Below are positions 52,612 to 64,000 of a stretch of 64,000 bases of DNA, piece by piece. Each line of letters starts with the position of its first letter. The stretch's first letter is position 1. This stretch comes from Octopus vulgaris (lineage: Eukaryota). Location: contig OX597817.1 of the NCBI GenBank assembly GCA_951406725.2, forward strand, positions 171,616,001 through 171,680,000, in the 5' to 3' direction. Below the pieces are notes generated by a model. The model saw only the letters and a list, made by a program, of their open reading frames with translations, had not been told where the DNA came from and made no database searches. The position numbers and the translations under genes were made by a program.

Positions 52612-52889
52612 GTATATATATATGTATATATGTATACATATACCTATAAGAGGGATGACTTATAATTTTTCTGAATCTTCAGATTTTTCTATATGCTAGA
52701 TCACTGGTTTTAAATTGATATCAATCAAATTAATATTCAATTTTTCTCCCTTATTGTTTTAAATTTATATATAAGAGGGTTGTTGTAATCAACAATCCTG
52801 CAATCTCTAAAATTGTTGCCCTTGTACCAAAATTTGAACCCATTATTATTATTATCATTCTTCTTCTTCTTCTTCTTCTTCTTCTTCTT

Positions 52890-52920
<31 letters not shown>

Positions 52921-53549
52921 TTATTATTATTATTATTATCATTATTATTATTATCATTATTATTAGTATTTTCATCATTAATACCCTATACAGAATCATG
53001 ACATTAGTTGTTTTTTAACAGACTGTCTTAGGGAAATATACTAATGAACTAGCATTGACACACGTATAATAAATCACAAAGTTTTAAGAAAAATGCTTAT
53101 CAACTAAGGGTATACTCACTTCAATAAGATATATATGCATAATTAAGAGTATATCAAGCTTGTATATTATTCATGAACAAATTTTCCAATTATCAAGAAA
53201 TAACTATGAATGTTTATTTTGAGAGAATTATCAAGATAAAATTTGTAGATATGAAGATGTGATTTACTTGAATAAGTTTTTAATGAACGAAGTCCCGATA
53301 ATTTAGTTTTTAGTTTTTCACACTACTTTTTGTGAATGCATTATCTTCTTCATCTTGTTTTCGCTATCGGTTAATTTTTTTAAATAATTTTAAATCTGTA
53401 TTATTTCTATGTTTGCACGAGATGTGATGTTGTTGGCTGTTTTTGTTATTCTTGTTGTTGTTGTTGTTGTTGTGTCTGACTGAGTTATTCTATGATCAAA
53501 AGCATTCAAGTCTATATTTGTTTGTATGTGAGTGTGTGTGTGTGTGTAC

Positions 53550-53601
<52 letters not shown>

Positions 53602-53700
53602 ATATATACATATACAAACATATATATACATATACATATACAAACATATATATACATATATAAACATATATATTTATATATATATACATACATACACACA

Positions 53701-53765
<65 letters not shown>

Positions 53766-54688
53766 TAATGCATGAATTTTCCGTTTTTCCTGAGAGTGTC
53801 GAACTAATACACCTGCTAGTTGTTCCTTCACCTGTCTCTGTCTTTTGTTTTCTGTACATTTGAACAATACGTACATATATTTGTGTATTTACATGTATAG
53901 TAAGCAAAGACAAATGGATACTTTGAAACATTACATGTGTTCCAATAGTGTGGTTTGCCAAAAATACAAGTCCTTTACGTAATTCATTATGTAATGGACT
54001 CATATCTGAATTAAACCAAGCTGTTGAAATGTTTGCAACAATGTTTTAGACAATCCATTCATTTTTGTTTACTAAGTATTACACTGCATAACATGTAACA
54101 ATTATGCCTTTGATACATAGATGGTCTGAGACCTACAAAGAACTGCTCAATCCAGTATGGACTGTTGAGTCAACCAAATGAATTGCCCACCAGTTTTCTC
54201 AAGTAACCTGTTTAGCCAAAATGGTATGTGGTATTTCCTGGTTAACTTACCCTGACCTAATTGATCCAACCCCAACCCCTGTATTGCTGTATATTATGGG
54301 TAGCCTTCAGCATTTTCTGTTTAAAAGGGTTTATCAGCTTACATGTTTTTATTTATAGCTTTCTGTGATGTGCTTCAAAATCCAATCTTCCAAAACAGAA
54401 TTATTTCCTATTCCCTCAAAAGTTTATAAGATGCTCAGTGCCTCTTGACTAGCTCCTGTGCCACTGGCACGTGAAAAGCACCTGCTGAATGTGGTTGATG
54501 CCAGTGTCCCCTGACTGGCTCCCATGCCGGAGGCATGTGAAATGCACCCACTACACTCTCGGAGTGGTTGGCATTAGGAAGGGCATCCAGCTGTAGAAAC
54601 CTTGCCAGATCAGATTAGAGCCTGTTGCAGCCAACTGGCTTGCCAATCCTCAGTCAAACCATCCAACCTATGCTAGCATGATTATTAT

Positions 54689-54796
<108 letters not shown>

Positions 54797-55362
54797 TATG
54801 AGGAAATATAAGCCACATTTAATTAATAATCAAATGTGGCTTATATTAATAAGCTTGATTAGTAATTACTTTGAATAACGTGCCTTGTTATAAAGAATAC
54901 TTTTATACGAAGACAAGAGTCAAAAACTGTAATTTGATTAAAAGATACATAAAAAGAAAAAAAAAACTACTCATTCTCCTTGACTAGTTCAATGAGAATA
55001 AATGAATTGGTATTAAATGTGAAAATATTTCATGTCATCTAAACGACAATTAATATTTATTATCTAATATATCTAACAGAGATTCAGCAATTATTTTCAC
55101 TAAGTAGTGCTTTTCATCTTCATTATGTTTATACATAGATACTTTCATACATAAATACACACACGCACACAAACACACACATGTATATGTGTGTGTGTGT
55201 GTGTGTATCATCATCATTGTTTAATGCCTGTCTTCAATACTGGCATGGATGGGATGGTTTGACTGGAGCCGGCCAGGCAGAAGCATGCACCAAACCTCTG
55301 TGATTGTTTTGGCAGGATTTTTACAGCTGGATGCCCTTCCTAACACTATCCACCCAGCAGAG

Positions 55363-55402
<40 letters not shown>

Positions 55403-55418
55403 TATACATATACACACA

Positions 55419-55745
55419 CTCTTTACTCTTTTTCTTGTTTCAGTCATTTGACTGTGGCCATGCTGGAGCACCGCCTTTAGTTGAGCAAATCGACCCCAGG
55501 ACTTATTCTTTGTAAGCCTAGTACTTATTCTAGCAGTCTCTTTTGCCGAACCACTAAGTTACGGGGGATGTAGACACACCAGCATTGGTTGTCAAGCGAT
55601 GTTGGGGGGACAAACATATACACATACATACATACACACATACATATATATACATATATACAACGGGCTTCTTTCAGTTTCCGTCTATCAAATCCACTCA
55701 CAAGGTTTTGGTTGGCCTGTGGCTATAGCAGGAGACACTTGCCCA
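55419..55745 (-). mobile_element. SINE family A lacking the head
   Basis: Reverse complement of the family A body and tail. Confidence 0.85.
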
Positions 55746-55753
55746 CATATATA

Positions 55754-55807
<54 letters not shown>

Positions 55808-56610
55808 CATATAGATAGATAGACATGCATACAAGCATATATACATGTGTATGTGTCTGTGTGTGTGTGTGTGTCTGTGTGTGTGTGTGTATTACTTATT
55901 GGTTTCTGCTGGACTTTCATGAAGTATTTGTCATCAGATGGTGCTTACTATTGAAAATCACTGACGATATCCTTTGGGCGAAAAAAAAAAACCACAAAAA
56001 CTTTTAACACTTTGAATGCATACAAGTCCTCTGCTCTTTCTAATTTCCATAGAGGTGGTGGTACTATAGATTGAAACATTTCTATTTACTCTATAGTGAT
56101 AGAATCTATTCAAATAAGAAAATACAAAAAAAAAAAACAAACAAACAAAAATAAAAACAAATAAAAAATAATGGGTAATGAAAAAAACAAGAGCAGAAAA
56201 AATTACAGATGAATTGATGATGCACGGCAGACAATCTTATTCCCAAACATTCTGCAGTCTCATGCATGGAATTCTATGTGTAACTATTGAATATATGCTA
56301 AACACACATGTACATACATGCATGCACGCACGCACGCACAAACATTTACAGAGAGGCACCACGGAAAAATGGAGAGACACATGCGTACATAGATGATAAT
56401 AGTTTTAATTTGTCTTCTCTCTCTCTTCTCTCTTTTAATTTTTTTCCTTCTCTTTTGTTGTTCCGTAGATTTCTTTGGAAGAGACTTCTAACTAACGTTG
56501 TTAGACACTGTCCTAGACATGCTAAATCATGCAACTTGTATGTCAAATGGTCATAAGTATCAGTGGTTATTAAAAAAAAAGACAATGCAAGACATCTATG
56601 CCACAGAACT

Positions 56611-56641
<31 letters not shown>

Positions 56642-56880
56642 CGGAGAGGGAACAGACCGTAGCGGGAACAGAAATGTCATTTGTGAGGTCTTTTGTGCAA
56701 ACTTCACATCAGTCACAGAATCAATGTTTTCTGGTTGATTCATTGTCTTTCCAATAATCTCAAAATCAAAGAAATTACGTTAGCATTTTGTCGCCTTGAT
56801 TGTGTCTTCTGTGACAGTCAGTGTATAAAAGAACAAGTTTAAATAGTTAAGTTATAATGAGGAAGCTGAAGCCCAATCAG
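56611..56880 (+). promoter_or_regulatory. Promoter-like motif cluster
   Basis: (GA)n, GC box gggggcgga at 56636-56645, TATAAAAG at 56824, CCAATcag at 56873. Confidence 0.3.
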
Positions 56881-56943
56881 ATAATTCAAACATCCAGATT
56901 CATATGTATGTATATATATTTATATCAATGTGTGGTTTCATAC

Positions 56944-56981
<38 letters not shown>

Positions 56982-57609
56982 ATGTGTATAAAATGTTAAA
57001 AAGTTTCCTATGCATAAATTATCTTATAACAGAACTATGATATACTTAAAGTGATTTTATCATAGAAAGTGGAGAAGTGCTTGCATCTTTATCAAAATAT
57101 GCTACCGGTTTCAATTGTTAAGACATTATAGTCATGGAAATAGAAAGGCAGAAATGAATTAAATTAAATTTAATTTACTTCAGTTCATTTTCCCACTGTC
57201 TATTTGCATGACCGTATTATCCTAACAATATAATATCTTGGATAAAAATGTGAACCTTCTTCACTAAAGTCCTAAAAGCATTTTCCCCTTTTGTTTTTAA
57301 CACACATGTGTACATGTATACATATGCATAAATATATATGTATATACATACATATATATATATACATATATATATATACACACACACACACATATATACA
57401 TATATAAACATAATAAGTAATATTAGGGTAATAAGAATTATAGAAAGTTTTATTACCAGTGGCCTAGTGCAAAAAAACATTGTTTTTAATTTTCATTCCT
57501 TTCATGAATTTATCACTAATTAGTGGTTTGAGTTGTTTACTGCTCTTTCTAGTGCAAGGCTTTCCTATGATGGAAGACTCTTAATGTGTTTTAATGTACA
57601 CAATATTTT

Positions 57610-57641
<32 letters not shown>

Positions 57642-59136
57642 TAATTGCTTGTGGGGACATAGTTTTTGTTTTGCAACCATATACTACCAAGTACATTAAA
57701 GTCAATATTGTATCTTGCTTTTGTATTCGTATATGAAACGTGGTAACTTGCAGTGATGGTCCCGAATTCTATTGAAAATCTATAGAGATAAACTCAAAAA
57801 TGGTGTGTGTGTGTGTGTGTGTATGGCTTGGTGGTTAGGGTGTTGCACTCACGATTGTGAGATTGTAGTTTTGATTCACAGACCAGCTGTTGTGTTCTTG
57901 AGCAAAACACTTCATTTTAAGTTGCTCATTTCACCTGAAATGTGGCATATAATGCACCTGTACAGGTAATATCGATTTGATGGAGAGAGTGAGTTTATGT
58001 GAACACAAACATTTGATCACAATAAACGAATCATCTATGTGGTTGTTCAGCAAGAAATTGCCAAAGCTTCATATGCTGTTAACGACAGTAGAGCCTATGA
58101 TGATGATGATGATGAAGATGACAATGATGATGGTATATATATATATATAGAGAGAGAGAGAGGGGACAGAGAGGAAGAGAGAAAGAGGGAGAGAGAGTTA
58201 AGCTGGTTTTTATATGATCAATTAGATTATATCCAAGAATATTACTGATGTTTACAAGCCAATGAAATCACTTGTGTCAATAAGAGAAACCCTACGTATT
58301 CAATCAACTTGCAAGAATCAGAAGTCAAATCTCCTTCAAACCAAAATGCCAACGTCTTTTCAAAAAAATAGAAGAATACAGAGGATAATGCAGTCCTAGA
58401 TATGTATGTGTGAATAGAAGACAAAGAGAAATGTACACATTCACACACACATACACACACACAAACACACACATACATACATACATACATACATACATGC
58501 ATACATACACAGACACACACACACACACAGATGCACACATACACATACACATATATATGTATATATACATGACAGGCTTCCACACAGCTTCCATCAACCA
58601 AATTCATTCACAAGACATTGGTTGATCTGGGGCTATTGTAGAAGACACTTTTTCCCTATGTGAAACACAGTGGAACTGAACCCAAGACCACATGATTTTG
58701 AAGCAAACCTCTTAGTCGTACAACCATGTGTCTGCCTAATCATACAATAACGTATAAAGCATAATCATATTTTGTTCTTTTAATACTTTAAATAATTTAA
58801 AGTATTTATCTAGAATACAAATCATAATATTTATAAATTGTGTATAAGCTAATTTTTCAATAAGATGATGCCCCAGCATGGCCACAGTCCACAGGTTGAG
58901 ATAGATGAATGGATACAGGAGCTGGTATGTAGTTTGTTGTTTGTCTCTGGGGCAGCTCTGACAAAGCTTTAACCATTCTATCTTTTGTTGTCACAAATTG
59001 CACTGTTCTAATCTAGCCTTCCTATTGTAAGGTTAGATTTGAGGAAAATTTGGCTGCCATTTCTTGCAAATCAAACAACAGTTAAATAAAAAATGTCCAT
59101 TGTTGGCTCGTATTTGTAAATTCTCATGGGTTGCAA

Positions 59137-59208
59137 TACAAGGTAGTATCAAAAAGTTCCAGGACTAGTTATGTTTAATAAAATATAACTTATTTACCTA
59201 AGTTTTAA

Positions 59209-59242
<34 letters not shown>

Positions 59243-60346
59243 GTTTAACGTCCGCTTTCCATGCTGGCATGGGTTGGACGAATGACTGAGGGCTGGCAAA
59301 CCAGATGGCTGCACCAGGCTTCAATCTTGATCTGGCAGAGTTTCTACAGCTGGATGCCCTTCCTAATGCCAACCACTCCGAGAGTGTAGTGGGTGCTTTT
59401 ATGTGCCACTGGCACAGGGCCAGTCAGGCGGTACTGGCAACAACCTCGCTCGAATCTTTTACACATGCCACTGGCACAGGTGCCAGTAAGGCGATGCTGG
59501 TAACGATCACGCTCGAATGGTGTCTTTTAAGTGCCACCGGCACAGATCTCTTTTGAAGAAAGTTACCTTGAGCAGCAGTGCACCAGTCCCAGCATTCCTG
59601 CCACTTCTGGAATCTGGCCTGGAAGTTGTTTTCCTTAAGCAGTCAAGGACCTTCCGATTTGTTCTTGATCTCAACAACGGTGTTAAAACAGCAACCTTTG
59701 AGCTGCATTTTCATTTTGGGAAAGAGATGACAGTCTACAGATGCTAAACCTGGTGAATAGGGGGGGTTGTATTTGATGAGAAACTCATGAGTGAGGAGAG
59801 CTCAGTGGCACGTTGCACTGTCGTCATGACGTATCCAATTCTTCATACTCAAGAGATCCAATCACTTCTGCCTAATATTCTACCTCAAATGCTTCAAAAT
59901 GTTGCCGTAGAACTGTTGACTGATAATCTGGTCCTGAGGGAAGAATTCTCAAAGCATGTCAAAAAGATGATAAGCATGTTCTTGACTGGACTGTGGCTTT
60001 GGTGTCCCCTCTTCAGTCATAGAGATGAAGGGCTCTTCCATTGTGACAACTGCTTCTTATCTGTAGACCTAACTTTCATCACCTGTTATTACTTCTCAAG
60101 TTTAACATAAAATTTTACGTTGGTTCTTTGTTCCAACTTCCTGTCCATGACAAAAATTGCAGACTACACCATACATGTGATCACAAAAACACAAATTTCA
60201 CAACTTGCGAAATAAACACAGCAATGTCACTTGGCACACTGCCTCATGAAAGTCACTGGTTGCTCCTTGCTGTGCACGCAGTCATGTGCTGCCATCTGTT
60301 GGCATGCTGCAGAACTAGTCCAGGAACTTTTCAATACCACCTCATA
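59137..60346 (-). mobile_element. Internally deleted mariner transposon with both TIRs; family D SINE inserted at 59209-59545
   Basis: 34-bp TIRs incl. TA (59137-59170 / 60313-60346, 28/34 identical); minus-strand WIRHDDSATCH, PYSPGLASVDCHLFPKMKMQLKG and FQKWQECWDWC match mariner HDNA, YSPDLAP-D and C-terminal motifs. Confidence 0.9.
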
Positions 60347-61078
60347 TTTGCCCAAGGACAAAGCTAGCTGTATTTGTTTACTTGGGACATAAGAAATTTA
60401 TACAAGAAAAGTGCTTATTACTTTAAAACAAAGCAGATATGTATCTTGTAGATCCATATCTGTGTTGTTTTAAACACAAACAGAACGAAGCCTCCAGCAA
60501 GATACTGTGATACTAAGATGCTGAAAAACATAACCGGGACATTGAGTAGGAGAGCAGTATGTATGCTGTATCACACTACATCATTTTGATACAAATAGTT
60601 TTTAGCTATGCTAAAGATGAACTACATTAAGATGATGATTTCATCAAAGGAAGATATTTAGAGTTTCCAGAAGTCATTCCTTGGCAGAATCTAATTAAAT
60701 AAACAGTACAGAGATATTTTAGCTGAAGTATGTAAATATTCTGACTTCTTTACATTTTTGAAGTCTGATATCAGTAACTAAGGAGAGTCGATATCAAGAC
60801 ACAGACACACACACATACACAAACACATAGACATAGAATATAAATATGTTATATATCTATCTACATCTCTCCTCTCTCTTCTTCTCTCTCTCTTTCTCTT
60901 TATATATGTGTGTGTATAGGCATACATACATATGTGTATGTGTACATACATTTACATATATATACATATGTATGAGTGTGTATGTACATATATATAAAAT
61001 ACCTATATATATATATATATATATGTCCAACCCATGCCAGTATGGAAGGCAGACATTAAACAATGATGATGATCACAC

Positions 61079-61129
<51 letters not shown>

Positions 61130-61132
61130 CAC

Positions 61133-61177
<45 letters not shown>

Positions 61178-61949
61178 AATACATACATGTGTGAGTGTGT
61201 GTGTGTGTAATGCTTATAGAATATCTAGCTATATTATTTTACACATATTTCATTAACAAGGAATGATTATCAGTTGTGTAATGTAAACTATATCATCAGA
61301 ATGCCTTATCAAATCTTCAGAGATGTGTAATTTTCATTTGCAATACTACTGCATTACTAAGTGCTGCTATCGCTAATTCAGCAACAATTGTGTACCCACA
61401 CACATGCATATACACACTTATATACATATAAGCACACACATAAATATATACATAGATGTAGAATTTAGCAAGGTAGGAAAATCTGTTAATAAATTCAGTG
61501 ATATCACCCAAAACATATTTCATTAATATGTCATGTAAGGAAAACCTAAAAGCAGATTATATTATCAAATCATCAGAGATTGTGTAACATTTACAAATAG
61601 CTTAAGTTTTATAATGGACTCCAGACAGTATTAAGGTAACATAGATATTAATATTATTAATGAAATATATGTAAGATTATGTAACTAGATAATTTATGAA
61701 TAGATCATCTTTTATTTTTCTATATGTAACCTGTGATTTTCTAACTATGGAGAGCTTGAAAATGAACTTGGAATATAAGATAGGCGCTCTTTACATTTTC
61801 TTTCTTTAGTATTTAAAGACACACATAGAGTACTAAATACAGGTTATATATCATACAAGGTAAATTGTATTATATAATTATATGCATACACACACACAAA
61901 CACACATATATATGCATGCTTGTATTTATGCATATTTATAAGAATATAT

Positions 61950-61991
<42 letters not shown>

Positions 61992-62565
61992 CATATACAC
62001 ACATTAAAATATTTATATGTGCAGATATACATCTATATGTACACATACATATATATATATATATACACATATGCATATATACATTTGTACAAACACAGGT
62101 ATATCTATATCTATGTCTATCTACCTATCTATTTATATATATTATGTATATGTTTGTGTATTATATATATATATATGTGTGTGTGTATGTATAAATGCAC
62201 GCGTGCACACAAGTGTACTCCTGCACAAATATATACTTTCCTATATGTGTTTGCATGTATGTGGAGGGTGTATAAATACATGTGTATACATCTCAGTTGT
62301 GTATGATTTTGAAAAGTAGTTTCTTGAATGAGATAGAACTTTATTCTTGCTTTTTACACTAATATTAGCTCTCATTTATACTTTGTTTATTGAACTATGT
62401 TTGATCTGTGCAGAGTTATTAGTTTACTAAAATTCTTTTGCTTCACTTTATTTGGTACATTATCTTTTATTTTTGTAACACAAGTAATGAGTTCTATGAA
62501 GCATAAACTGGTATTGTGTCTTGGTGAAAGACTTTAATCCAACCATCCACACACTCATCTGTCCC

Positions 62566-63275
62566 ACCCTCCATCCATCCATCCATCCATCCATCCATCC
62601 TTCCATCCATCCATTATTCATCAATCTGTCCATCCTTTTACTCATCCACCCATCCATCCACCCACCCACCCAACCATCCATCCATCCATCCATCCATCCA
62701 TTATTCATCCATCTGTCCATCCTTTTACTCATCCATCCATCCATCCACCCACCCATCCATCCATCCACCCACCCACCCACCCACCCATCCATCCATCCAT
62801 CCACCCACCCATCCATCCATCCATCCATCCATCCATCCACCCACCCACCCACCCACCCATACATCCATCCATCCATCCATCCATCCATCCACCCACACCC
62901 ATCCATCCATCCATCCATCCACCCACCCACCCACCCATCCATCCATCCATCCATCCATCCATCCACCCATCCATCCACCCACCCACCCATCCATCCATCC
63001 ATCCATCCATCCACCCACCCACCCATCCATCCATCCACCCACCCACCCACCCACCCATCCATCCATCCATCCATCCATCCATCCATCCACCCACCCATCC
63101 ATCCATCCATCCACCCACCCACCCATCCATCCATCCATCCATCCATCCACCCACCCACCCACCCATCCATCCATCCATCCATCCATCCATCCATCCATCC
63201 ACCCACCCATCCATCCATCCATCCACCCACCCATCCATCCATCCATCCATCCATCCATCCATCCATCTACCCATC
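62566..63275. repeat. ~700-bp compound (CCAT)n/(CCAC)n microsatellite
   Basis: Direct inspection; includes a duplicated interruption ccattattcatc-atctgtccatccttttactc. Confidence 0.95.
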
Positions 63276-63278
63276 TAT

Positions 63279-63480
63279 TATTATTACCGCCACCCTAGCA
63301 AAGGCGGAGGTATTGCTTTCTGTCATGTTTGTTTGTCCATAGACAAGATATCTCAAGAACTGTGGGATGGATTTGGATAAAACTTTTAGGGAAGTTTTCC
63401 CTCTTGACTGGTATGAACTGATTAGATTTTGGGATCGATCCAATATCAGACAAGGATTCTAGATTATTTTTCTTGTTTTT
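63279..63480 (+). mobile_element. Helentron-associated (HINE/DINE-1-like) non-autonomous element fragment
   Basis: ttattaccgcc...ggcggaggtatt terminal hairpin, gtttgtttgtc, gatatctcaagaact...gatttggataaaactt and ttagattttggg-tcgatcc layout typical of this class. Confidence 0.55.
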
Positions 63481-63845
63481 CCTTGGGCAAGTGTCTTCTA
63501 CTATCTAATCTTAGGCCGACCAAAACCTTGTGAGTGGATTTGGTAGATAGAAACTGAAAGAAGCCCGTGGTATATATATACACACACGCTTATGTATATA
63601 TTTATGTGAGTATGTCTTTGTGTCTGTAGTTTGACCCCTACCATCATTTGACAACAGATGTTGGTGTGTTTACATTCCTGTAACTTAACGGCTCAGCAGA
63701 AGAGACCAGTAGAAAAAGTGCTAGGCTTACAAGAAATAAGTCCTGGGGTCGATTTCTTCGACTAACAAACCCTTTAAAGCAGTGCTCGAGTATGGCCACA
63801 GTCTAATGACTGAAACAAGTAAAAGAGTACAAGAATAAAAGAAAA
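63481..63845 (+). mobile_element. SINE family A, 5' truncated
   Basis: Starts at ccttgggcaagtg. Confidence 0.85.
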
Positions 63846-63854
63846 TCTCTCTGT

Positions 63855-64000
63855 AAGGCAGCAAGCTGGCAGAAATGTTAGCACACTGGTCAGAATGATT
63901 AGCGGCATTTCATCTGTCTTTACGTCCTGAGTTCAAATTTCACCAAGGTCGACTTCACCTTTTCTCCTTTTGAGGTCGATAAAAAAGGTACCAGTGGAGC
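63855..64000 (+). mobile_element. SINE family E (Nin-domain-like), runs off the window
   Basis: Homologous to 7832-8059. Confidence 0.8.

Overview
This is AT-rich, microsatellite-dense eukaryotic DNA. The repeat families resemble those of Octopus (coleoid cephalopod); that assignment comes from recall of the SINE sequences, not a database search. No host protein-coding gene could be confidently recognised, and nearly all ORFs in the supplied track are translations of microsatellites or SINEs. The window reads as intronic/intergenic DNA with dozens of modular SINE copies (several with clear TSDs and nesting), remnants of CR1-group, RTE and R4/Dong-like LINEs, three mariner remnants, piggyBac-like MITEs, a Helentron-type element, and Penelope-like terminal pieces carrying hammerhead-ribozyme-like cores. 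A few well-formed splice sites and promoter-like motif clusters (including a near-perfect RFX X-box) suggest a large + strand transcription unit with small exons. The most notable items are non-canonical minimal hammerhead motifs, a SINE trimer inside a single TSD pair, head/tail shuffling among SINEs, a satellite built from a LINE reverse-transcriptase fragment, and a LINE-derived pre-miRNA-sized hairpin.
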